DNA from: Phoronis australis
Taxonomy: Eukaryota > Animalia > Phoronida
Assembly (NCBI GenBank): GCA_002633005.1
Contig: NMRA01000023.1
Location: forward strand, 1,406,689-1,470,688
Direction of reading: 5' to 3'
DNA: 64,000 bases
The position numbers and the translations under genes were made by a program. This document shows, piece by piece, positions 29,601 to 41,600 of this stretch. How positions within the stretch are numbered: the stretch's first letter is position 1; each line of letters opens with the position of its first letter. Under the pieces are notes generated by a model that saw nothing but the letters and a program-made list of their open reading frames with translations, was not told the origin of the DNA and did not search any database.

Positions 29601-32600
29601 CACGTCTTCAGAAAACATCTTTCCACTCTGCATACTTTCCCTCAAATGAAAAACTTATTTCCTCATCCTTCTGTAATTTCCTGGAAAAAGTGTAAAAGTC
29701 TAAAAAATTATTTAGTTAGAGCAAATATGAAAAACAACAACCAATCTGACAAACCTAATGGCAGCACACAATGTAACAAATCTAGATGCAAAATGTGTAA
29801 CTTTATCAACGACAATACTTCCTTCCAGTCTTCTCAAACCAATGAAAACTTTGAAAAAAAACGTTATTCTGACTGCATCACCAACAATATCATTTACCTA
29901 ATAACATCTAGAAATTGTTCCATTCAATACTTAGGATAAAATCAACATACTCTACAAACTCGGTTTCGCAATCATAGATCTTTCTGTACAAATAATAGAA
30001 AAACACCAATGCCCCAGTACCCCTAACAGACTCACAAGAGAACAATTTTGGACAGATAAGCTTAAAATACTTGAGCCCAATGGATTAAACATATAGACTT
30101 CTTAAATTATATTCTTTACTTTTTTCCGCAGCAATCTATCATGTTCATTACGCCAAATATTAGATGTCATTTGTCATATCGTGTTTGGTTTTACTTTATT
30201 TCTGTTTCTGTTGACAAAGGATGTGATTATATCCTAAAATTTCAGTTGATAACATATTTGACTAGATCCAAAACATCCAAATGACGTCATACTAAACAAG
30301 CAAATAGAAAGAAGTACTCGATACCGTCATACGGAAATTGATAAATGTATCGAATGACCGCAGTAGGGCATGTAGCTAGACATGTTCGACAAATATGTAC
30401 CAACGTTTTGAAATGATTCTAAATTCTTGCGCCATAGGCGATCAATGATTTAAAACTAATTAGCGAATGTTACGTTTTCCTAATCATGAACGTCTTAGCA
30501 ACAATCTCTTCAGATCCACACCTGCTCATCTCACAAATTGTGCTGATCAACTGGGCCCAATACCACCACACGTTAGATTTGACAAGTGCGTGGAATATCT
30601 CGAATATGCCTTACATTTCGTCCGAAAAGATTGGTAAACTTATTAATCAAACCAGAGTCACTGACGGAGCCAGGATTACCCAAGGCTAGCCGCTCACCCG
30701 CATTTTTAAAAAGAAATATCCAACATCCTGTTGGCGGGTGTTTTGGTCTTGTCCGCAAAGGGGTGGACATCTGGCTCCCTAAATCCGCCTGTGGTAGTAA
30801 AGTTTGGTGCGTACTCATTCGTATATTTGGGTTTATTAAGGCTAAAATTGTCATAGTTTTGTTTATTCCCTCTAGGTGATCAAAGACTGGATGTTATTCC
30901 TGGCTGTGGGGGTCCTGGTGCTTCTTGATGTCGTATTCCTGACAACATGGCAGATTGTCGATCCATTCCAAAGAAACATATCTTACCAGCAACCAGTCGT
31001 GGTACGTCGGTTGTCTTCTCCGAAACAAGAATCTGCGCCAATAGTGCGCAGTGTGACGTGATAAATGCTACTTTCGTTTTTGTACCTTTTTATAGTTTCT
31101 CGTACGCATATCTAGAATTATGGGAAATTGCCCTGTTTTGCTACCTGATGAATGGAAAATTCGTATGCTATAAATGACAACATTTGATTTCCGTCTATCC
31201 ATAAACGGCAATAGTAGAAGGTGTACCTAGACTGGTCAAGCTCTGCAGGTCCGGTCCTTGCACTTATTGGCCACTGAGATTCTGCTATGTCAAGTTAGTT
31301 AGACTCTACTTTGAACCTTGTGTCTGTTGTAGAGGTTTTCTTCTTAGTTACTAACTTCCATCTTGACATAGACCATGAGCACAAGTATAATTGTTACCGA
31401 TTGTTTCGTTTTACAAAATTGTTTCTTAGGATACCGTGACGGAACGAGAATACATACCAGTATTAGAGTTCTGTGTCAGTAACCACACCACTGTATGGCT
31501 GTCAGTTATCTACAGTTACAAAGGCGTCCTTTTGGTGAGTGTAGTAAACGAGTTCTGTGAAATTACCGTAAGGAATTGCACTAATTTGTTGATGGCCTAC
31601 ACCTTAACCAACAGTGCCTACACGGCCGTTCATCATGCTTAGAATGATGGATAACGAAAAATCACTCCTTTCCGCTATCTATTAACCGGAAATTCGTTTT
31701 GTTTATAGAAAGATATTTCGGTTTACGTCACTCCTTTAACAGATTATTCATGTCTACATATTATTGTTTAATTTGCATATTTCATCACTACGGGAGTGCA
31801 CAAGTTACTTTCTTTTCCAGTTATGTGGTTGTTTTCTCGCCTGGGAGACGCGTAATGTGTCCATTCCAGCCCTCAATGATTCCAAGTACATCGGGATGAG
31901 CGTGTATAATGTTGTCATCATGTGTCTTAGTGGTGCTGTCATCTCCTTCATACTCACCGACAAACCCACGGCTGCCTTCGTTATCATCTCCATATTCATT
32001 ATATTTTGTACAACGCTCACACTGTGTCTAGTTTTTGTACCTAAGGTAAGTAAGTGTACACATGATAGCTTTCTGGTGACGGTTCACTCTAAAAGGGGAA
32101 TTCCACGTTAGCTGTCATCCCACGCCAATTCCAAACTGTCTTCACGAGTCATGATCAACCTTAAGGCTCGTGTCCCCTTCTCCGCTTCTCTTCTTGTTCC
32201 TGACCCCTCCCCCCTGCTTCTCCCCCGTCCCTTTCCTTCCGTTACGCCTTCCTTCTCTTGCTGCCTCAATATCCACTTGTCTCTCTTCTCTATTTCTAAT
32301 GAGCACAACTTTCACTTTATGCAGAGCATACCATGTCCTCACTCCGCTTGTATATTTGTTATTTTGGACTGTGCTTCAAACGAACTGGGTCTAAAAGGCT
32401 ACATTGGATGCGTAAGCGCTATGATTGATAAATTCCAGGTTATCCAAATAAGAAAAGATCCTAAAGGAGAACATAAAAGAGTTCGAGCCGTCTTTGGAAA
32501 GAAAAAAAGTAAACCGTCGTCTCAACCTTCCGAAATGGCGGACGAATTCAAGTTAAAGCGTACGGAAAACACTGAATATAGAACAATATTAGCTGAAGTA

Positions 32601-35600
32601 AGTGATCTCTCTCCAAGGTTTATTGTACACAAAAAATCGTAGGATTGGTGTAGCACTATTTTGTTTGCGGAGACGTGGTTGGACTTTTGCAGACGTTATG
32701 TCTCAATTAGGATTGTGCAGTGTGGAGAATGAACCATTATTGTGAGGACTGACAGCTAGAGAATCGATTGTACTGCAGAATATATCTTGCCTTTCATTTA
32801 AGTATACAGACAGCATTTTCAACGCTGTGATCTTGGTGCAACAATGCGTCTCCTATAATTTGTCTTGGGGCGACATGGAAAGAGTCAATAGCTATTCCCA
32901 TCTTTACTGATCTAGGCTTGTAATCATCGTTTTCATTATTTGCAGAAAAATGCCGAGTTGCTCGAACTGCAAGAGCAACTTGGAGATAGCGTCAGCGATA
33001 CAAGTAGTGTATCGTCTGCTCACAAGTCTTCGTTGGGTTTAAGAAGTGTGAAGTTTACCAGGGTTCCCTCGGCCAGCAATAGTTCCAGTAAGTAAACGCG
33101 CAATTCAAAAATGTGCATTCAGCCTTTTGAAAAGAAACCAAAGAAAGCCGAGGTGATTTCTACTCCCAGGATACCACGCGAATTTGTAATTGCATGGTGC
33201 TAATTGCGTAAAGCACAGATATTCTTGTTGACTGGTTTACAATAGTTTATCTTATATATTTAGTCTTTCTGTTCGCTGCTTTGTAATTTTACAACAGAAA
33301 GTCATATCAGTCTGTATCCCAAAACGTCGATAGTTATGAGAAGTTTGAGCGAATGTACTTCATTCAGCGTAACACAGTGTGCAGGGCCACACCCGTTCCA
33401 AACGCCGTAACTCCATTCAAGAGTCTATTAAATGCAAGCCGTTACATGCTTGTAAGGCTCTGTAATATATTAGTACACTACATTATACACCGTAACACTC
33501 TTCAACAAGCTCAAAATAAGACAGCCTTTTCTTTGAGCAGCGAGAACAAGTGTGAAGTCGCGATATCTGAGAGTTCTGGGATAGCGGTACTTTCATGTGA
33601 GGAGGCCATTTTGTAAATTTGGCGCGAAATACTGATTGCCGCTAGTCTCGAAGCTGAATATAAACGAAAATCTTGGCAACAAGAGTTAAAATCGATTTGA
33701 TCCTGGAGCCCACTGTAACACGCATGTAGGACTCGTTGAAGAGTGTTACGGTGTAAAATGTATGGTAGTAATATATTTCAGTGATGTGCAAGCATGTAAC
33801 GTCTTGCATTTGATAGACTCTTGAATGGAGTTACGGCGTTTAGAACGGGTGGCAGGGCGGGCGGGGGAGGCTTAAGTTCAAATGTTGGCCGATCTTCCAT
33901 TTTATATTGGCTGCACTTGACTTTGTCGGTTTCTCCGGGTCGAGCGTCTAAGACTTGTAATTGGTCTGTAAGCCGAAAGTCTTCATAGAAAACCAATCAG
34001 ATGTCTTAGCCAGTGGGGCGGGCGAAACCGGTGAAGTCAATCAAGTGTACTGGTTGTGTTTTCGTGAAGTTTGCATATCAAGAAAAAATCTCTTGTGTTC
34101 ATTAAACCTTGTTTTTTATGTCTTTGCAGACGGTGGTACGTGTATATATTATGCAGAAACATGCTCAGTATGTTCCGGGTCCAGTGGCAGCTCGCAGGAT
34201 ACGCGGTTAGCATCAATGCTGCCCATGAGCCCTGAACTAGAGAGTACTGATGCCACGTCAATGTGTGAATTATGGTGAGCCCTCTTTAACCTTCTTTGTT
34301 TTACATGTATTTAGATCAGCCGCCGAAAGGTGTACAAAAGTTGTTTTTTTCCCGAAGGCCGGGATAAATTTGCACAAGCAATGTTTGTTCGGTCATCCAG
34401 TTTGGTTTCCAAGGAGTAGTAATAGACTTGCACCATCAGAATACGCAGGAGAGTAAAAACCGCGGAACCTTATTCACATATTTAGTATGACGTCATTGCA
34501 CGTTATGGACCCAGACAGATAAAATTATAATGCCAAAATTAAAAAAGAATAATTGTAAAAGTTATAACAGATTTACGTAGCTCTGTAAATTTCTAAATAC
34601 TTCGAAAATTATGGACCCCATAAATCTTGATCCTTCTCAACTCCCCGAAAATATATTGGATGTAATCATTGTCGGAGTATATCGATTAATTCAAACACAT
34701 AATTTTGTAAAAATTTGAAGTGCTAAGTTGTCCCAGTGGTTACCCGAATGAGAAAATATGCAATACTTGCAAATTTTTCGAAAATTTAAAGTGATTTTGC
34801 ATTTCTGTTCCAATTTGTGGGTCTAAATTGCGTCATTGGAGAGGTTTTGCAAAGCGACGTGAACTTGAATTATCACGCATTTATAATACCGCGTCATGAC
34901 ATTGTTGACTGTGACTTAACCCCGATACTGTTTGAGTATTTTCTGCGAATACAGAGATATACGCGTCGCCTTAAACGCAAAATCTGTGACCCCTTTTTAA
35001 TTCTCATTTGGTAAGACATCGAAAAGATTTTTATTTTGATAGGGCTCTCAATCATTCTTATTTGCTTCATTATAAAATGAACACGATTATTTTGTTTATA
35101 AATGTTCTCAAAGTTTAGTTGCAAAAAAGCACCTTTTCCAAAATCTTTATTCTGCCGGGGTTCGCTAGATATCATCGGACTAGAATGGATATTTAAAAGA
35201 CATGATTTTGTGTTGTTAATGTTTTACATGATCAATTTACATGCCTCTATTTATTTTAAACTGTAAATAAATTTCGCATTCTAAGAGTTGATCATTTTTC
35301 GCAGGAGTTCGTAGAAACGACTTTTTCACTTTTAACAGATATTTCTATCTAAATACTACGATCACTGGACATCTTGAGCTCAGTTATTCAGTTCACATTT
35401 ACTTACACGTTCGCATAAAAACGAAGCTGTTGCGAAACCCATGTTTGTTACTTTAACGTGAATCGGCACGTGCAAGTAAGTACGCGTCATAATTCACGGA
35501 CGTCGGACCCCTCGCTGGTTTCCTGCGTGCCGCTAGGTGGGGCGGTAGCCGCGCCAGCATGCTGGTATCACTTAATTTTCCTCGGGAATTTTTTTTACAC

Positions 35601-38600
35601 TGGCGTTTCTGATTGGCTAGTCGAATTCTCAACAGGCAGCGCTTTACGCAAACAAACTGGCAGGACTGATGGACTACATTGTAAATGTGGTCTGTTGGGC
35701 ATACAAATCGGTGTTTAAAATTTATGTTCAGGAAATGTGAATCCTGGAAATTGTGGTTGCGCCTTTGCGGAGTGCATTTTTCAACTGTCGATGACTTTTG
35801 TTTACGATACTGTCCTGTATTCGCACAGTATGAATAACACACCGTTAAATCGACCAGAAATGTGTTTATTGTACATGTACATGCTTCAAGCACGCGGCTA
35901 TTAAAACATGGCTGCAGAAACGAAATAGTTGCTGCGACGCCACTTGCGTGACAAGGCTAAAAATCGTTCACAGTCCGCCATTTTTTCACGTTTTTGTAAA
36001 GCTAACCAATGACTGCTGAGGTTACATCAACCAATGTTAAAGCGCGTGCCACTGCGTGATACTCTAATAGACAGGGTATATCGCATTAACAACACTTGGG
36101 CTAGATTTGATTCTAATATTAAAGAACTTACAACGGATTTGCAAAAGAATGGCTACCCCTAGAATTAGTCAATAGGGTACTGAAAGCAAGACTCCAACGT
36201 AACCCTGATGATGTTCATCCTGTAGACAAAATTAACTTCAAGTACTTTAAAATAAACTATGTTGGGTTTTACGCCAAGTTTGCTCAACGAAAACTCAACA
36301 AATTGGTGAATTATTACTGTGTGAACTTAAGAGATGTGTTAAAATTCAACTCCCTAAAAATGTCGAATTTATTTAACCCTAAGAACAAAATTTCTACGGG
36401 TCTACGGTCCAAGGTAGTATACAAATTTATCTGTGCTGGGTGTGGCTTCAGTTATATAGGCGAAACTGTTCGCCATTTGAAAACCAGGACCAAGGAACAT
36501 CTAAATTCTGACAGAAATTCACATGTAAATATTCACCTACAGAGCTCCAATCATTGTTATCAGCAGTGCTCTTTCAATGACTTTACAGTTTCATACACTG
36601 TAGTGTTGCTACTCATATGGTCAAAATCTTACGTTGTTGAAAGGAAGATGTCGCTGCTACACCTTTCCTGTGAATTACGACAGATACCTCTATATGACGG
36701 TGTGAGATCCAACCATACAGAGACTATATTTCGTGATATCAATTGCGCTAACCACTTAATCAATTTAGTAATCCCGACAAACTTTCTACACGTGACTCTC
36801 ATCAATTTTACCGGATGTCAGTACGAGTTTCAATGATTGAAATCTGATCAACATCGTCACGGAGTAAAAGCGCCTCAGTTTTTCGCTAAAAAAAATCAAT
36901 ACACTAGGCGCTACATCGCCGAGTGATCGCAGTAGAGGAGTATGCCGTTAAATGTCATTCGTTTCTGATGTGCACGTTTGATTTGTTTTAGCAACAGTAG
37001 AGCGCTAACACATCCAGTGAGTATTCAGTTCGGCCATAGTACTGAATACGGCAGCGTATACTTAGGGGATAGCACGTCAGTAACAAGAACGTAAGTAGCT
37101 TCTCAGCAATTGACTTTTCCTAACTTCACTACTAGATAATATTTCTGGTGAGTTGCTTTGTTTGTCACTGTTGCAATTTTTAGCGCGTTTTTGCGATAAT
37201 GGTGCATTTCTTAAATTTGACGAGAGCAAAGTTCGCAGTACAGAAACGCCCAGCCTTCAGGCTTCCGGTTAGTACTCAGAAGAAACGTATTTTTCCGTGT
37301 AGGCGTATGGATATATTAAAGAGATATTCTCGGTGAGAAAAGATTCTTTTTTCAGAAATTAGCTGTAGCGTTAATTCAAACCCGGTAACTGCGGTGTAGC
37401 AGCCGAACGCTTTACCGCTAAGCCAACTCCCAGCCTATAAGTATGAGAGTAGCGCTCTTAAATCGTAAAGACATCCAGTCTGTCTTATTTAACAACAATA
37501 TGGACACAAAAAACGATGGCGTCATTTTAACTACGATTACGTTGGACTTGTGGATTCGGCATAAGCTTAAATGTCTTTTTTGGGCTGATGGCGGGTGTCA
37601 TATTTTATATGAGATAGCATATTTTTCCACTCCTGTGGGGCTTAGGTGGCCTGAATTTCTCACCTATATTTAAACTTTACCTGTAGGATGTCTAACGGAA
37701 TGTATACAGTAGTTGAGAATGAATATAGTTCTTCTAGACTCTTGCAAATACATTTACTCGTTTATTTAGGTTTTCTGTTCCTGATCCTAGTACTGATAGA
37801 CGTATACAGCCGATGTCATCAAGGTGGTTCAAAGTTAAACCTGGTTTAAACTGGACTTAAACCAGGTTTAAAGATAATCTGGATTTCATAAAGGTGGTTT
37901 CACTTTTAGACCAGGGGTCTAGTATAACCTGGTTTAAATCCAATTTAGACCTGGTCTAAGTCAGTTTTCTTTTCACCAACGAGGTCTATATTCCTTAGAC
38001 CTGCATTAAGATCTTAAACCAGGTTTAACTTTAGACTTGGTCAGATCCAGGTTTAATACTGTTTTAAGATATGTCAGACTTGCATGATATAGGTGCAACT
38101 GAATGGTGCCTCCGTGTGCATTTACGACGCAGTTTTTAGAGCGAGAATGGACTATTTCAATATTCAGTTTTACGAGGACACAAGATCAAGCGTAGCAGGG
38201 GTGGATTCAGGATTTTTAAGGGAGGGGGGGTCAGTCAAGGATTTTTAAAAGGGGGACCAAGTCAACAATTTGAAAATTATAGATTTGATAGCACTAAAAT
38301 CAAGTGAAAAGGGTGTCCGGACCCCTTGACCCCCGAGTATCCGCCTATGCGATGTTGCCTGGACCCCTTCTTTGTCCGCAAAAAATAAACAATAAAATGG
38401 GCATTTATCATGTTGCAGCTAATCGTGAGCATGTACTTTAATGTGTATACGTGTGTTGGGCGCAGACATTACATTTTTCATCATGAGAAAAGCTTTTAGA
38501 CCTTTTTCGCAAATATCTGCACTGATTCTACTAGTGTGTGCCATTGTATACCCACGTGATCAAGGTTTCATTGAAGCACTTCAATAGTTTCTTTGCTGGG

Positions 38601-41600
38601 TTAATCCAGATCGACACGTTAGGTTGGCTTGGATACTTTAAGCCTGGTTTGACTAAACCCGCTCCCTGATCAAACAAAACCAGGTTTTCAGACTTTTAAA
38701 CCAAATTAGTGAAATGTAAGCTAGGTGTAAAATTAGACCAGGTTTAGGAAGATCAGGTTTAAATCTTAAACCTGGTTTTGATAAACCACCTTTATGAAAT
38801 CGGCTGATATTGTTGACAACGCGTGGTTCCATCTCGTTGAAAATATGAACTGTACTTGAATCGTTGAATGGAAAGACAGTACTTTGATAAGCTCATTTTT
38901 CGAGTATTCCTATTTGTGGGGAAAAACATCAAGTTAGCTCTGTGTATCTCTGTGCACTTACTGTAATGGACCAGGGGTCTAATCTTTGTACTCGAAAACG
39001 AGTCGCAATTATTTTTGCTATTTTGTGTTTGTTCCAGATAAGTGTTTGTTCCAGATAAGTGTTTATTATTCTCTGCTCGTGTATGTAATGATTTTTGTTG
39101 ATGAGTGTGCTGTTCAAGTTCGCACTAAATGACCCCTAGATTCGAGTTCATACAAGTGCAGGCTAGGAGTAGATAGTCATCCACAAAAACAAACACTTAT
39201 TTGGAGTTCGCACAATAGTAGAATGGAAAATGCCAAAAAATATTTTCGAGTTCAATTTCGTGTACAAAGATTAGACGCTTGTTCCTTGTCTTTTAGTCTT
39301 CAACTATATTTTATAATGATGAGCTTCTCATAGTGATAAGTGGTAGACGTAGGACGAAACTACTGCTCACTTTAAAACTTGTTTACTTTACATCCAGTCT
39401 GAACAACACCCTGTTTCCTTTTCCTCTCTGGAAGCATAGCTCGGGATACACTCTTATAACTGCTGGACATATGTCAGGCATAAATTAAGTAGATGGCTGA
39501 TTGTCCAGGTGATTGCTATTAGCTCCCCTAGTTCTTGCTTGGTGAAGACTATAACATACGCATCCCATACTCGACCGCGACACACTTCGTGGCAACTTTT
39601 TTTTCTTTTCAACGGTGTTTTGCCTGCGGGTAATGGACTATATTTCAGCTGGAAAATTGGGATACTCACTCATTTAGAGAGTGGATTAAAAATAACTCAT
39701 TCGTCTGGAGCTTTCATGAAATGTCACCCTTTCGTTAACCCTAACCCTTGATTGGGAATGCTTGGGTGACTGAAAGTTTAACCCACGAAGACTGAAATAA
39801 CACAAGAACTCTAAGATGTCACGTGGTTTTAAAATAGTGCATCTTTTGCAACAAAGGTTTTAAAAACAAACAAAATTCAACCCCTTTTATAGATTTGGTT
39901 ATCGTCACGGTTTACAATCATTCTCAAGAGACTTCAATTGCATTAATTGTTATAATTAATCATTATTGAATAGAAAATCTATATTTTGGAATCAAAAATA
40001 ATATCACGTAATTATAAGTAGCGTTGCTATCACTATCAGTCATTTTATTCAGGTAAGTGGTAACTTATAAGTATGTGCAGTAACCAAAAAGGTACTTGTG
40101 TAATTTGTAATAACTTGTGTTTACGATTTACAAAAATGTCCTTAATTTCAGCCTTCAGAGACCACATTCAGACGGACTCAATATGAACATCACCTTTGCC
40201 GAGTTCAGTACTCTCCGAGAAACCGACATTTTGTACGACGGTGAGTAGTCGTCATAAGATCGTTTTCAAATGCCAGCGTGTAAATGATTCGGCAACAATT
40301 GAGCGAGCTAGACGCTTATTGGCAAATCAGCTGAGATACCGTTTGTTAGACTATTTTAGGAACTGAGTGGTTTATGGACAAGTCCTTCGATTTTGCAATT
40401 CCATTGAAATCTGCCTTGGTAAATAACACTAACAGTGATTGATCGGAGAAGTGTGCGATCGTTTCAAAAGTAGTTTAGTTGTGGCTAATGACAATATCGG
40501 TTTGCTTTCGTTCTAACTTTGACATGAACTCTGACGTAAACATGTGGCATCCTCTACACTAATCGATTACCGAATTTTTCACAACACGACCTTTTCGCTA
40601 TTTAAGACACAATGTAGGAAAAAGGTGTATAATTATTTAACAGAAATTATTTTACCGTATGTTAGAGTAGCGAATCCGTTGCGTGAATCCGCTGCATATC
40701 ATTTCTGGAATTATTTAACTATTCTCCAGCAACAGAATGTTTTCAAAAAAATAAAAAAGTAAAATCGCGTTCAGGTTATAATCCGTAAATTCTTTTGAAT
40801 ACAGAGACCCAGCATAATTATTGAGATCACGTGATATTATTTCTATTCATTTTTAATTCACGACTGTCAGGTTTAAAGGTATTTTAGGATGTCGTTTCGA
40901 TCTGTTAGGCTTTGCATGCTCTATATGTTGTGCAATATATCTATTAATTCACAACACGCAGAAGTACCAGATTGGCTGAATGGCGTGCATGGGATTGTGT
41001 TTAAACTAGTTAGTTTCAAAATTTTCCTTTTTAGTAGTTTAACTGGTTCTAAAAGCAGTGTCACTCTCACTGTCTTAGACTTTATGTTACAAAAATCTAT
41101 GCATATATCTGTCGAACCATTTACTGCTTTCCACTTAACGTCGGCTGTTTTCTATTGCTGTAAATAGTTCTTATTTCTGGACACATTTAATGGTGTCTAG
41201 ATGTTATTATTGGATTGCTCGCAAATCTGCTTGCTGTTACTGAACCTTTACCTTGCGCCATAATGAGTACGGTGCAGTTCAGTGGCGCGGAATACGTTCA
41301 CCTGCCTCGACGTCTTGTTCTTTTGGTGCAAACTGCTCATTTTGGGATGCGTCCACCGTCTTTGCTGTACGACAAAGACGGGATTAATTTTCTGCCCACC
41401 TTAAATGCATGGGCCTATTCCCGATATTAAACTCTAAAATTGATTGTGTTTTGGGAAATTGTACAAGTGAAAGTAATTACTTTTAATAAGTGCCATAATG
41501 ACGAGCAACACGAGTAAATACAATCATAGGTAGATGCTTTTGAGTTAGACTTTGACGTCATTCCAAGACAACCAATCAGCGTTAGCTGACACTTTGAGTG

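Noticed and set aside
37366-37435. Functional tRNA gene
   Set aside because: The B box is degenerate and the acceptor stem does not pair; better explained as a SINE head or pseudogene.
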